A DNA stretch of 64,000 bases from Takakia lepidozioides (taxonomy: Eukaryota > Plantae > Bryophyta). Both the position numbers and the translations under genes were made by a program. Below the pieces are notes generated by a model that was not told the origin of the DNA, ran no database searches, and was given only the letters and a program-made list of their open reading frames with translations. The stretch spans positions 53,196,001 to 53,260,000 of the forward strand of contig CM060733.1 of the NCBI GenBank assembly GCA_030704615.1, written 5' to 3'. Positions 46,901 to 62,207 of the stretch are shown here, piece after piece. The number at the start of each line of letters is the position of its first letter. Position 1 is the first letter of the stretch.

Positions 46901-49900
46901 AGATGATGGATGGACTGCCATGGTGAGTGATGGCATGGATGACGTCAGTGTAATGCTTAATGCTACTCCCGCCCCTAAATCGACTAGAGGGCAAAATGCA
47001 TCAGACAGGGTTCTCTTCTCCCTTGGTGGTGGTATCCTCTGTGCCAAGGCGTCAATGTTGTTACAGGTGGCATTTCTGCCCCATATAATTCCGTACCCCT
47101 TTGTAATTGGAATGGTTGATAGACCAATGTTTTATCTTCTGCTGCAAAAAGTTTGACATGTTCACCTTCTCTGTTCAATGATTGCATTCTGCTGGAGCTT
47201 GGAAAATTTCTCCTGATAGCTCCATCCATTCAGACATGCCCAATGTTGCAAATATTGACTAAAGCGAGACACATTAAAATCGGATAAACTCAGATGATTT
47301 GTTAGCTTAGATTGAATTTGGTAGTTTACTTATGCAACCTAACATGTGTGTGTGACATGGAATGCAGAATGTACCGCCGGCACTTTTAATACGGTTTTTG
47401 CGCGAGCATCGATCGGAGTGGGCTGACTATGATATCGATGGTGATGCAGTCAACGCTTTTTGTAGTAGCAGTCATGGTGCTCTAACAGCCTCTACTGGTG
47501 GTATCTGCCATGGACAGTTGGCTCTACCTTTGGTTCACTCTGCTCAGCAAGAAGAGGTGTGCTTTCTCAGCTCCTTGATTTCCCCCAAATCCTGGAGAGG
47601 AGTCAGCAAGGTAATAGGGGTATTTCTGTTGGAGTTAGGTGCTTTAGATCCGTAGCCCCAGGGACAAATCAACAGGCCAAGGGAATCTGGATGACTTTAA
47701 ATGTCTTCTCCTGCATGGTGCAATGTACAAATTGCATAGGGAAGCTTTCAGCGAGGCTTGACGAGTTCTTGGAGTAAAACTCCAAGTATCCTCCCTGTTG
47801 CTCTAATGTGCATGTCTTATCACTTTTGCTGCTCATGTTGCTGAGGATTTTATGAGTAACAATTCTCTGTAGGAGGGTATACAAAGTCATGACCACATGC
47901 AAGAAGTTCCAGTGGAGTGTAATCCATATTTCTATCTCTGTTCTTACCTGAAAGGTGGCTGCATTAAATGTGTAGTTTCTGGAGATTGTGAAGCTGGAGG
48001 GACACGGCCCCATCCAACATCGGTCAGTTCTTTCAAGGGACACCTTCTTGCTCCAGGTTTAGTCCACCTTCATTCATTCACGGGCATTTTCTTGTGCAGG
48101 TGTTTAGTATGTTGTTAATGCTGGGAGTTTTGAGTGTGATTCTGAAAAACAGCATGTAGTTTTCCAGATGTAGTTCTCCCACATGTCTGCAATGACTTTT
48201 CAAGGTTATAACTATATCTTGGCTACGTTTTATGAAATGACTCATACCATCCTTATGAGGAGAATTTTTATGGAGACCTAGGTGTGCTGAATCTTGGCAA
48301 TAGGATGGTGCACCCAGTAACTTAATCCCCCCTAACTAAGCAAGCCATCTAACAGTGTGGATGACTTGTTTGAAATCTGCATAAAGATGGATAGGCATAT
48401 GCATATGTTATAGGCATATGTTATTGTGAGGATTACCTTGTCCAAAAGAGTGGCTAGGCAGCTGACAAGTCTATACTGGGCATGTGCTGGGTTTGGAAAC
48501 AGCTGTGTAGTGGAACAAATGAAAGCGCTGTGGGGGCATCTGCCCAGCTTGTGTTTGCCCCTGTGGATGTGGCAGTGTCTGATGATGTCCCTCTTCTTCC
48601 CTCAGGCTTCCGTGTCATTCCCCTTGACAGTGGCGTTTCTGTATGCACCATTACCAAATTACGTGTAGTTTTTGTAGTCTTTTGTCTTTTTCAGGTTGTG
48701 TGGACTTGCAAGATCAGCTCAGGTTTATGATTTGAGTGCTCGCTTCTTGATTTGTTTAGTACTGCTCTGTCATGTGCATGCCTTGCTTTTGTGTCCTACT
48801 TCTTGTCAGATTGCTTTCTGGATTGATGGGCAACTTCAAGTTTGTCCTCGATTGGTAGAGAAACAAATCTGCTTATGTATGTCATGGGCATTGTCGTCCT
48901 TGCTGTACTGTTGGATTTTCATTCTTAAATTTCTGTCTTGGCTTGGTTCCATTGAAATAAGTAATTGTGATAGGGCACAAGCCAAAACCAGGGTTTGAAA
49001 TACAGCGCCTGACAGTGCTGCTTTGAAGTGCAAGCATGTGCAGGATGGATTTGGATTGTTGCGTACGCTTGATCTAGCATCCACTTTGGAAGGGGGAAGT
49101 GAGGGCAACCGACTGGCAGGAAATAGTGGGAGTGGTGCTGCCGGTCACTTGCGGTCTGTGCTAACGATAGCATTTCAGTTTGCCTTTGAGGTGCACACTC
49201 GCGACAGCTGTGCAGCCATGGCCCGCCAGTACGTGCGCACAGTAGCAGCTTCAGTGCAGCGGGTGGCTATGGCCCTGGCCCCCTCCCACCTGACCTCCCA
49301 TGTAGGACCCCCGCAGCCGCCTGGCTCCCCAGATGCTCTTGTGCTAGCACGCCGGATCATAGAGAGCTACAGGTAACCAAAATACATTCTACTCTTCAGT
49401 TTCCTTGTCCTGTCTCTGGCCCCCAGGGATAAGCACTAGCCACCTTGCGGAAACAATGCTTTCTGTTTTGCAGAAAGCTGCAGAAAGCCAATTATTTTAC
49501 AGGGAATGAAATATCCTTAGACTGTCTGAGTATGCCTTCCATACTGGTTGATACTGCTGAGTATGCAGCATGGCTAAGCACCAGGGAGACTTCCAAAGAA
49601 ATGCTGATCAAATGCGAGCACTAGGCCAGTGATGGATATTGACGTGAATATTACGATCCAAGTTGGAGCTAAGAGCATTTGAACAGGATATAGAGTAACT
49701 ACATGGATCCTGAGGTGTGATTCCTTGTATGCAGGGTGAATCTCGGCTTGGAGCTGGCAAGGAACACAACTGGAAGCAATGAGGCTTTGTTCAGGGTGTT
49801 CTGGAACCATGTGGATGCCATAGTCTGTTGCACTTGGAAGGTATCTCCTCCTCTGATGCTCTCAAGTACACAGCAATCCCACGAGGATGTCATGTGTAAA

Positions 49901-50518
49901 ATATTGTGCTGCAGGGGTTCTCTCAAACAGAGATGTAACTGAACCGAAATGTTGAAAACGTATCGATCAATCCAATCCTAGATGTTGTATAGTAGATGAA
50001 AAACGTGGTCAGAAGTGGAAAAGAAGTTTGACAGCATTTGTTGGGTTCGCAGGGGCTGCCTGAGTTTATGTTTGCGAATCAAGCAGGGCTCGAGATGTTG
50101 GAGACTACTTCTGGAGGGCTGCAAGATCTGGCATGGGAGAAAACTTTGGATGAAAATGGGCGAAAATCTGCCTACACCGATTTCACTGAGGTTTCGCGAC
50201 AGGTTTGTATACGGCCCGTGCATATTTGTGTGCTCTGCTATCTTGCTCTCTGAAGTGACTGCTCTCAAGTGACACCCTAGGTTGAGAGTGTTGGCTTTCT
50301 GGGAAGTAATGATCCATATGTCAGACTTTTACCTGTGCCTCACTTGCCGTGTCTGGTATGGGAACCAGGGGTATGCATGTCTTCCAGCTGGGGTGCGTAT
50401 CTCAAGCAGGGGACGGACAGCAACATATGATCGAGCTTTTGCCTGTAGAGTCCTCGATGACGATGACTCCACACAGTGCATTGCCTTCCTCTTCCTGAAT
50501 TGGTCGTTGATGACATGA
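40995..50518 (+). CDS. C3HDZ: Class III HD-ZIP transcription factor (homeodomain-LZ-START-SAD-MEKHLA), 18 exons
   Basis: Motifs GKYVRYT...KQIKVWFQNRR|CREKQRKE, KATGTAVDW, MYAPTTLA, GFNEAVNGF, RFLREHRSEWAD, RTLDLAS, FANQAGLEMLETT. Exons begin 40995-41170, 41897-42104, 42860-43074, 43344-43434, 43811-43906, 44548-44661, 44818-44901, 45659-45814, 46201-46275, 46545-46651, and the last is ~50369-50518. Confidence 0.96.
43424..43820 (+). promoter_or_regulatory. miR165/166 target site formed across the exon 4/5 junction
   Basis: The spliced sequence CTGGTATGAAG|CCTGGTCCGG (43424-43434 + 43811-43820) is complementary to miR166 UCGGACCAGGCUUCAUUCCCC. Confidence 0.92.
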
Positions 50519-51637
50519 CTTCTCCATCCTGTCACTTCCTGATAGCTCTAGAATCCGGAGCGTCACAACACAAAATACATCTTATGCAGGTTGCGTCTTC
50601 GGATTTCAGGAGGACTAGATGGAGTTGTTGTGCTTTTGTTGTGCAACATGTTGTAGGACTGCCTAGATACTTTTGCTCTGTGAAAAGCGCAGACTGTGTT
50701 AATCCCAGCCAGACATGCTTTCCCTCAAAACTGGCATTGTCGCATTTAAGGCCTTTGTGTAATGTCACAAGAGGCATTGTGAGCATCAGCTTTTCCTCTG
50801 ATACTCTTGGAAAGATTCTTGGGCCCAGACTGGTTAAGTTTGTTCCTCATTTCTAGCATAGGCGGCAGTCGAATTATATTGATGGATGATGGTGGGTTAT
50901 GTATTGCAAAACATGTTTAAGTAGAGCATGAATCTGCATATGGGGGTTTCTTCTGTGTTTCCCGGGTTCTGTTTTTGTTTTGTGCTCCAATTTATATAGG
51001 TTGTATGAGCTTATGTTCCTTGTATAGCTTGATTTGATAGAAAATTTTGCGTTCCCCTTGATATTGCCAGCATAACTTTTCTGCACTAATTAGCCTGCAC
51101 ATTAATCTGTGTATTATTTAGGTGATGACTGTGCATTAAGGAAGTCTGGTTACCAGCCATCTTAACCTCTGAACTTGAAAGAATTGAGAGTTCATTCTCC
51201 AAAGCAGATCCTGCTGCTTTGACTACAAGATTGGAAATTACCCTCTGAGCTGTGATCACAGTTTGGACCAGGCAGTTGCCACAAAAGCTCAAATAGTTAG
51301 TTTTGCATGCAGACAATCAACACACAAATGCTGGAGACAGTAGTCCTGCTCTTCAGGTAGAGGTGAAAAAAATGCTCAGCAGCTCTATTGAATCACAAAT
51401 ATGGTTTAGAAGGGCACACAAACTTCAAAACCATTGAACCTCAAAACCACCTCCTCTTTGGATCACTGATGAATAATTTTTTTAAAGAATGGCAAAAGAA
51501 AAGCTTCCGATGACTCAGAAGTTAGCATGGTTCCTCTCACCTATATTTCATCCAGTCTCCAGGTGTGAGCATGAAAATCTTTGCACTTCGCACACATTGA
51601 AGGTTCAAAAACCCGGGCCAACTACAATGCTGAAAGA

Positions 51638-54600
51638 CTAAGACAGACCAAGGAAACTTGCAAAGCTTGCATACTTGGGCTGCCAGCCAAGTACGGTGCG
51701 AGTTGCGCTGTTGTCCATCTTCTTACCGAGAGCTCCGTCAGTTCCTGCCATCACATGCATGAAAATTTTCATCAATTGTATGAGGTAAGGTCTATCTTAC
51801 CCACCAATGCATGATGCAGTAGTGCAGCTGATGGATTCAGGAGATTTTTTTGCAGTAAGTAAACGAACTAACTTGCCACGGCAATTATACCATATTCGTC
51901 AGTTTATTTGATTGTAGTGAGAGAACTGAAACATGCTGGCATCAAAATACAGCTCGCCCAATATCAAGCAGCATCTGTGTGGGAATGAATGTCATGCTGC
52001 TTCCTTAAAACGGGCCTAAACAAGTGGTAAAGGGTTAGTTTGCCTTGGACAGTACCGGGCATGTTGTGAAATGAGTCTGGGCTATTCACTTTTCTTGCAG
52101 ACATAAATGGAATCAAAACTGCCCATTCAAAGTCAGTCCAAGGCCTGAAATACTAATCCTGGAGAATTTCCATTGATCGAGGCATGTTTGGGTACCCAAA
52201 ATAGGAAGACAAACAGGTACCTGTAAAACCCTGGAAATTTCCTTCAAATTTACCACTCTGCATTGCTAAACCCATCATATCCTGCCTGCCACCAACAATC
52301 ATATACCATACAGTCAATTCAGATGACACAACACCATAACTATGATGACACAAAGGAAACATACAAAAGCTTGCCTCGATCGATTGCTGTGCGCTTAGTC
52401 TGTGACTACAAGTTCTACTGAAGTAGTATCACTCTGATTGGTCACACTGATCTCTCCAATTAGTTACCAATATAGGCTACTTGAAATAAGAAATAACCTA
52501 GAAAAACATTTTCAAACATTCGTGACATGCAATACTAACCTATTAGATGCAATAAAAACCTTGCCTGTACCAGAGAGCTGTTCACTGACCTGGATACAGG
52601 AGAACCATCACAGCCCATGAAGACTTGGCTCCGAGACTTCCCTTTCAAAATTGCTAAACACAATGAGGCTGCATCCTGCTATGAGCCAAGAACAGCATGA
52701 TAATGGGTTACAATTCCCTTCCAATCTACAATGGTTATACCATTGCACATTTTGTGCCAAAAACCCAAACTTCGACTCTCCATCAGTTGGAATAAACGAC
52801 ATGGAAGGCCCTGAAATGAGGCGAGTAAGATTAGACACCAGGTCCCTAGCTGTCATGAGGAAACGTGCAAACTAACAAAGAAGATAAACATCTTTTGAGA
52901 GTGAGAGCCGAGTCAGAACATTTACTTATGAAGTGACAGAAGAATATAAAGAGAAGGATGGAGAAGATGTTGGAAAATACAACCTAACCTCATAATGGAT
53001 GACATTCAGCACATGGTCAGGTCGAGCATCCACCGTCCCCTTTTTAAGCCAATAGGAGTGAGCCCCACGGTCTATAGCGTGCAGTTCGAGTCAAGGAACT
53101 GCAGGGTTGACAATGGAAGCAATCTGATTGTCTTGATGTAAGCCAGACCCTCAAGTAAGACTTAACAATGAGTTGAAGAGAGAGCAACTTACAACGGGGA
53201 CAAGAGAAGGAAAGGTGTAGAAAACCAAGGAGGATATATAGAGGCCAGCCAACCGCATAACATTGCCTCCAACCTTGAGCACCTCCTCCTCAGCATTTAG
53301 AAGCACATCTACACGTGGACTCCTTCCCTTGGCAAGTATTGGTGCACTCTGAATTCCACAGTATAAGTTGTGTAAAGAATTGCAACACTAGAAGTCCATC
53401 AGCCAATAATACAAGTGCTTGCCGACAAGAGGAGTTGATTGGGGCTTTTCAAACTCCTATGACAGAGTTGAGAACCGCAACCCAAACATCAATAGACTTC
53501 TGACTCCAACCATGTCTTATACCAGACAGGCTATGTGAAAGACTCACTACACCTTGCACTAGGAAGTAGGATCTGGCTGAGTCACGAACGAGCAGGGAGA
53601 GAGCTTGGGGGTATAATACCTCATCACATGGGCCATTGTCACTGATGTCATAGACAGCACTGCTAGATGTGAACAATAGTGTGCCCTTTCCATTCCATCT
53701 CTGCGCAGCAACCCTGAATACACAAAGTTCCCTAAAGTATGCCTCTGCATGCTGTTTTGTACAGAGTCACAGTGCTTATGTTTGGTCTTCCCCAAGATTG
53801 GAACATGAGATGCCATGGGCAAGATGACCAGACATGAGACTGGGAACCTAACTAATGTGCTTCTTGATACTTAGAGAGGGTGAAGGCAACCACCATTTTC
53901 AATCCACCATGTAGATACCTGTAATGACTTACTTCATACCCGCCCTAATAATCTTTTCACCAAGTAATTTCTTGGAAGCACTGGACTTCCAACCAAAAAT
54001 GCAGTGGTATTTGATGCTACGCCACATGTAAAGAGATCCAGATGGGATTTTGGACCTACATTTTTGCTGTTGGACACTCAATGAGTTTATAACAAAGAGG
54101 GTGCACAACAAGGATCCTCAGACTAACCTCACTTCTGCAGCATAGTCTTCACTGCCAGATGGTGGAGCACAGAATACAACGAAAGGAAACTCCTCCCTAG
54201 ATTGCAACTGTTTTGTAACTGGAGATATACCAAGTGCCTGCAACTTCTCATGCCGATTGGTAGTGTTGGTCTGGCCAACTACCTTGGATCCCTTGTTTTG
54301 CTGCACCCTGAACTTCTCAGACTGACAGATCCAACTCGGCTAGCTAGGAATAAAGGTATACAAACTACCTCTTGTTCCAAGTCCAACAAAGGGAGCAAAG
54401 ACCCTGCTGTCAGGCTTCCATTTGGTCATCCAACCATGGACAGTTAGCCCACAATCCAAAGGTGCTGTAGCAATTGAGAATAACCGGCCTGCACATGATG
54501 CAGCTCAAAATGCTCTCGGTGGTAAAAAGCCTAAAATGCTCAGCAGCTACCCAAAATGACTTGCCAGTTGTGCATACTGTGTCAGTCGCCTACCACGTTG

Positions 54601-55533
54601 GTCATCCACTCCATTTAATGAGTTTGTGCTGATCATTTTACTGAAACGAAATACCTGAAGCCAACCTGTACCGATGAGACTTCCTAGAACCCCAGGCCCC
54701 ACCACCAGTAGGTCTCCCTCTGTGACTGCACTTGATGATGGAACTTCGTGGGCTTGGCCTGTGATAAAATTTGCACGATAAGAAAAACTGGTTTGAGCTT
54801 CAATGCCGGGCGACAAAATGCTCACCAGCTGGAAACCCCCAGCAATGCCCACCAGGAATGAACAGACGGATTACAGAACAAGATTCAAAATTTGATAGTA
54901 CTTCAGCATTATATCGCAGTCTCAATGTCTTTCAGTGAAGAGCTCGAATAAGCGACAACCAAGAGGAGATCACGACACATCCTTCCGACGACGCAAAGCG
55001 ACTGGCTTTGACTGAATAAATCGGTAGATTCACGACAGCCCCCCGATTACATTGTCTCTGCTTCGTTGCTCTTGTGCACAATTAAACAAGCTGATTGCAG
55101 CAATTGCAGTAGCTAACAAACAATTCAACGAATTGCAGTAGCTACCAAACAAGCAATTCAAGCTGTCCTAGTACCTCGTCGTCCTACCACATCACAGATA
55201 ATGTAATCCTAAAATTCGAAAAATTAAATGGCGTAGGAATTGACGCCACTCACAAATCTCAGATGTCGCAGAGGCATCTACACACACGGAATCCATCTTC
55301 CTGATTTTCGGCAACGTCTGCAAACCTCGTCGACCGCTGAACGTAGCAGCCCCTCTCGGCGACACAGATTTTTTGGAAAAAAAATTCAAAGAACTGAAAG
55401 AAAAGAACGGGAAAATAATTCTGGGCGAACGAGAGCCCCGTCTAGAGACAGATTCTTCTCTCGGAGACTCCACAGCAGACCATGGCAACCTGGAGCAAGC
55501 GACAGCACTGCATTGCACGGCCATGACGGACAT
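51638..55533 (-). CDS. Plastid-targeted NAD(P)-binding Rossmann-fold / epimerase-like protein (YeeZ-like), ~9 exons
   Basis: Exons at about 55533-55254, 54758-54655, 54300-54128, 53713-53620, 53348-53238, 53078-52989, 52675-52590, 52285-52221, 51744-51638. Motifs LLVVGPGVLG, VFCAPPS, FTSSSAVY, MRLAGLY, LNVIHYEDAA, LGWQPKY. Confidence 0.9.
53079..53237 (-). other. U12-type AT-AC intron (159 nt)
   Basis: 5' site ATATCCTCC, branch site TTCCTTGAC (53098-53090), 3' end ...TGCAC. Removal joins LAGLY|AIDRGAHSYW in frame. Confidence 0.92.
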
Positions 55534-55850
55534 GTCTCGGACCTCGGTCAAAGCTCGCCTTGCTAACCCTAACCCTTAAACCCTGAGGTCCCCAGACCTA
55601 GGTTAATCCTTCCTCGCCGTGTGGCCCGGGCCGAACCTTACTAGGTGCGGGGACGGCTAGGTTTGGGGAGGGAGATGGATGAAATATCGGAGAGTGAGGC
55701 GAGCCATGCAGCGATGAAGTTTGAGGTCGGGCAGGATGGAAGAAGAGGGTTAGGTCTCGCAGACTGCCTTCTCTCTTTCTCTCTCGCTTCGAATTCGACT
55801 GCTGCAGCCGCCGCTCCATCGCATTCGAGGGTCGAGCGTTTCTGTGAATC
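55534..55850. promoter_or_regulatory. Compact bidirectional promoter with telobox-like and site II-like motifs
   Basis: 317 bp separate the divergent ATGs. AACCCTAACCCT and AAACCCT at 55565-55584, GGCCCGGGCC at ~55623, AGGGTTAGG at ~55747. Confidence 0.7.
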
Positions 55851-57174
<1,324 letters not shown>

Positions 57175-59594
57175 ATGGGTGTACTCAGGCACTACATTAT
57201 GTGTAGGAATTTGGCATTTTGCTGCCATTTTTGTTGACTCTAGTTGGTCTGGACGAGGTTTAAGTTTTGTGAAGAGCATTCAATTGATGAAGTAAAAACT
57301 GTTGGTGTATGGTGAGTGTTTTTGTGTGCGGTCATCGTCACATCTGTTTCATAAGCAGGGATCAAGAAGTAAAGTTCCACACTTCTCTGCTGCGTTCTAT
57401 TTTTACTTCATTCAGATGTCACTTAGAACCTCTATCACAAAGCCGTCCTGATTTAAGCTGTACTACTGCACTGCCTATGCCTTCGCAAAAAAAAACAAAC
57501 TGAGTTTACATAGGGTCTACTCCCTCTGAAAGCCATGCTGGAGAGGTGGAGGTGAAGGGGATACAGCAGGGCACAGGTACTGCTACTGACAGATTCTACC
57601 TCACATTGGAGCTTCTATTTGCTTCACTTTCTGTCCTCTACATGGAACACCAGCCACATGGCTACAAACCTTTGGAAATCGACGTAGAGTACTCCATTAT
57701 ACTTGAACAGCGATAACATCTGTCTCTGACAAAAAAATGTGAAAAAGTAGAAAGATCATTGCAATTGATTAAGAAAGTGGGAATATTACCGCACAATGGA
57801 CATGCTTGGTGGCCATGCGGGAGACATTGAGAGGGAACTTTGTAAAGTGTGCTGTGTTGGAGGTCGGCAGTCAGAAGCACCAGTCAGAAATGTGAAACGG
57901 ATCTCCTCATAACAGTCCTCACAGGCTAATTTAGAACTCCTGGAACTGTCACAATTTGTGGGTAGCTAACCAACCCATTTTTTCTGCAAGTGGAAAAGAG
58001 AGTCATCACATGAGGTAAATCTGATGGTAAGCCTGTACTCTGGTCCTGAAATAAGGTTGTAAAGATCACAGACATAATGTAAGGGCTCGGTGAGGAGATG
58101 TGGAATTTCAAGTACTTTTGGTCACTGGAAATTCGTGGAAAATAGCAAGCTTTCCTGGACAATGATATGAAGCCGCGACACGAAATAAATGGGCCTCGAC
58201 ATATGAGACACTCTTGGATATAACATAGTGGATTGCACTTGGACTTAGATGAGACTCGACACTGGGGCCAACGGCACATGCTACCCTAGTACTATATATT
58301 ACAACAAGCTCTTCATATCTATGTTTTCATTATATTATGAAACTAGAAAGAAGTGGCTTTTGGGGGTGGGCTCCATGGATTGTGAAACTATTTATTTGTG
58401 GCTATGAGTTTTTTTCCCAAAATTACATCCACGTTTCACTCCGACGTCATACGGGTTCACAACTGGCCACCCAGGCATAGATGAAGGTGGGCCGCCACCC
58501 TCAAGACTTGGGATGCCTTCTGTTCTTTGGATGGGGGTTGGAGAAACTTCCTCTGCAGCCTCCTAGCCCATCTCATGCACCTGATTGTTGGTTAGTCATT
58601 CTCTGGTCCAAAAGCCCCATGCTCTCAAGCTCCATGCACATCAAGAACAATTGTCAACCTGGATCAAGTTCTAGAGCTTCAGTCAAAGGTGACAATGACT
58701 GAATCTAGAGTCTAGATGTCTAGACTACTGCAGGGATAGAATGCCTACTTAAATCTTTCAATCTCTATAAGTGAGGTGGGTGGCATTGGGACGATCCAAT
58801 CTGAAAGGGAGGCAATGGGTCGACAACTCAAGATAAAGTGCCTTTTGCAGCAGTATCGATTTCGATCTAATCGCAAGAGCAAGATGGAGAAACTGAAATA
58901 AACTTTCAAAAAAGAAGAAACACACTCTGATGGAGTCTTTCTGGAGAGTCTAAGTTATCTGCTTTCATAGCTATCTCAGTGCCTCAACTGTACTTACCTG
59001 AATTCTAGTTGCCAATTTGCAGGTGTTGCATGACTATTTTAGAAAGATCGATTATTTCTGACTGTCTCTTCCCCCATTTATTTATGTTCCACACTGATTA
59101 CACCACTCAGTAGGTGGTTGGTCCACTCTGGATCAACACTGTTCTTCATCATCAAATAAGAATGAGGAATCACATTCCCAGAATCTCGAAAAAAGAATTA
59201 GAAGAAATTATGCGAATTCCAAGACTTCCTTGAATATCGAAAGCTTCGTAAAGATAAGTCTTATTGTATACATACACCATTGAGGTTCCGGTTAGGTTCC
59301 GGCGATCTACTATATCCGGTAGCACGGGCGGCTCCTCTCGAGTGCAACTGATCATAACCGGTTTTTAGGGCAGCGAGCCAGTCAATTTACCCTTGTACGT
59401 ACCTGCCACCACTGGATATAGCAGGGAGCCAGGACCTACCGAGCCGCGTAGGTAGTTAAAATCTTGTAGGTCGTAGAATACCACATATAGCACCCCTCCT
59501 CACATCCAGTAGAAACACGCCACATCAGCAAGTCTGCTCTCAAAATCGGTTATGAGTAAAGGAAATATGGTGAAGCTTCCGCCATACCAACAAC

Positions 59595-59875
59595 GCACTC
59601 GCCGTCCCGTCCCTGCATTGCACACACGGCATTGTCCCCAGCACACACGTCTTCCCGTCCCCGCACACACGCCGTCCCGTCCCAGCACACACGACATTGT
59701 CCCCGACACACACGTCGTCCCGTCCCTGCATTGCACACACGGCGTTGTCCCCGGCACACTCGCCGTCCCGTCCCAGCAAACACGACGTTGTCCCCGACAC
59801 ACGTCATCCCGTCCCTGCATTGCACACACGGCGTTGTCCCCGACACGCTCGCCGTCCCGACCAAGCACACGGCGA
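59595..59875. repeat. GC-rich tandem repeat (CGTCCCGTCCC / TGCATTGCACACACGGC / GTTGTCCCCG modules)
   Basis: The module CCCGTCCCTGCATTGCACACACGGC recurs at ~59606, ~59719 and ~59808. Confidence 0.85.
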
Positions 59876-61504
59876 GCGCCAACAATACGAGAGAAGTCCG
59901 CAAACAAACGACATGAAACTGGAGAACAAATGAACGAGTTGGAGATTACTGGTCAGGCTGCCCACGGAGATGGGAAGGTGCAACGATCTTGATCCAGAGA
60001 CTCTATTTACTATCCACCTGGGTTATGCACAGTTAGAGAATTGTCCCGGTCGCCTAATTAACATACATCTGCCCCAACATCTGTGTATTCCATGGCTCAT
60101 CCAAGATGAGTTCGGTCATAGCTTCCCAAGTTTACACTTCGACATGTTATAGGCACGTGTGTATGTCCGGAGATCCGGACTAGATTTGCCATAGAGGACG
60201 TCATAGGAATATTAAGTGCCTGTGAGGGCTCATGCTGATTCCATCATGGGACGTCATAGAAATATCAGGTCCCATGCTCCTATGAGATTTCATTAGTCCC
60301 TGTTCATCCATTACTTTCCTGTGGATGAAGGTTATTTCATCCAAAGGACATCAGCGTGGGAGCGTGGTCTTGCTGTCTTCTTCCTTTTGGATTTTCCCTC
60401 ACCCTCGCTCGTTCTCTTATGTCTTATGTGTTTAAGGTTCCATATATCCCTGCTGAAATCCGTGATTTCTCATTGCGTTCCTTCAACTTCTGCTGTCTTT
60501 TTCCAACATGCTATGTAACCTGGGATTTCTCCACGGTGCTTGTTTCTACAGTGCTTGTTTTTACACAGTGCTCGTTTCTACATGGTGCTCGTTCTACACT
60601 GCTCATTTTTCTATGGTGCTCGTTTCTACACGGTACTCGTTTTCATATTGTGCTCGTTTCTACATGGTTGCTCATTTCTCGTTCATTTCTACACGGTGGT
60701 CGTTTCACGTTCTTTTCTACACTGTGCTCGTTTCTACACGGTGCTCATTCTACACTGCTCGTTTACATACGGTGCTCGTTTCTACACGATATTCATTTCT
60801 CATTCATTTCTACACGGTGCTCGTTTCTACACTACTCATTTACAAACAGTGCTCGTTTACATATTGTGCTCGTTTCTACACGGTATTCATTTCTCATTGA
60901 TTTGTACACGGTGCTCGTTTAAAACAATGCTCATTTCTATGCGGTGCTTGTTTCAACGATGCTCGTTTCTCTACAGTGATGGTTTCTATACAATCCTTGT
61001 TTCTATATTGTGCTCATTTCTACACGGTGCTCTTCTCCGCACTGCTCGTTTTACAAGGCTTGTCTCTATAGGGTGCTCATTTCTACACGGTGTTCTTCTC
61101 TGCACTGCTCGTTTTACAGGGCTTGTCTCTATAGGGTGCTCATTTCTACACGGTGTCCGTCTCCACTCAAGTCAGACACTCAACCTCTCAAGTTGACAAC
61201 TTAAGCGGCTGAAGTTCAACACTCAGCAAATTGACAATTTCATTTTTTTAATTTTTTAATTTATGTTTAGGTATTATTATTCAATTTTGTACTTAACAGA
61301 ATGGAATTTCAACATTTGTAATTTAGTGATTTGGGTTTAACTATGCTCTTATGTTTAATTTTTTAAATTTCAACTAAGGTTTTTAGATTTTTCCCGTTGC
61401 AACACACATACACCGTGCTTGTCTCTACAGTATGCTCGTCTCTATAGGGTGCTTGTTTACACGTGCTCGTTTCTACATGGTGCTTGTTACCGCACTGTGC
61501 TTGT

Positions 61505-61692
61505 ACCTTATAGTACTTGCTTTGGCATTGATGCTTGGTGAACTCCCTGCCAAATTTGTCATTCATCAAACAGAGAATTGGTCCCCATTCATTGTGATAC
61601 TTGCTTTTGCAACCGGTCTCAGAGTAAAGTTCTGCATGGATGGCTTCATAACTCTCAAACAAAAACCTCACCATGTCTTCATTCCATTTGCC
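61505..61692 (-). pseudogene. Myb/SANT-like DNA-binding domain fragment (PIF/Harbinger ORF1-like)
   Basis: KWNEDMVRFLFE...EWGPILCLMNDKFGREFTKHQCQSKYYK has the W...W..I...MN..FG...T..QC..KY pattern. Confidence 0.6.
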
Positions 61693-62207
61693 AAATTTCT
61701 ACACAATGTTTGTTTCAACAATGCTTGTTTTTACACGGTGCTCATTTCTACATGGTGCTCGTTTACATTTTGTGTTCGTTTCTACATGGTGCTCGTTTCT
61801 CGTTCGTTTCTACGGTGCTCGTTTTAATTAACAATGCTCATTTCTATTGTGCTCGTTTCTATGCAGTGCTTGTTTCTACATTGTGCTCTCGTTTCTATAC
61901 GGTGCTCTTCTATGCACTGCTCCTTTCTACAGCGTTTGTCTATATACGGTGCTCATTTCTACACGGTGTTCGTTTCCACTCAAGTCGGGCACTCAGCGTC
62001 TCAAGTTGCCAACTTAAGCAGCTCAAGTCCAGCACTCAGCAAATTGACAATTTCAATATTTTTTATTCATATTTATATTTTGGTTTCCTTATTCAATTTT
62101 ATACTTAACAAAATGGAATTTCAACATTTGTAATTTGGTGATTTGGGTTTAACTTTGATCTTATGTTTAAGTTTTTAAATTTCATTTTAGATTTTCCCCG
62201 TTGCTAC

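Noticed and set aside
55564-55585. Telomere-like AACCCT repeats
   Set aside because: Only three units, in a ribosomal-protein promoter; better explained as teloboxes.
59500-59992. Stacked ORFs on both strands and a superficially CRISPR-like repeat
   Set aside because: GC-rich tandem repeat with no unique spacers, no cas genes and a eukaryotic context.
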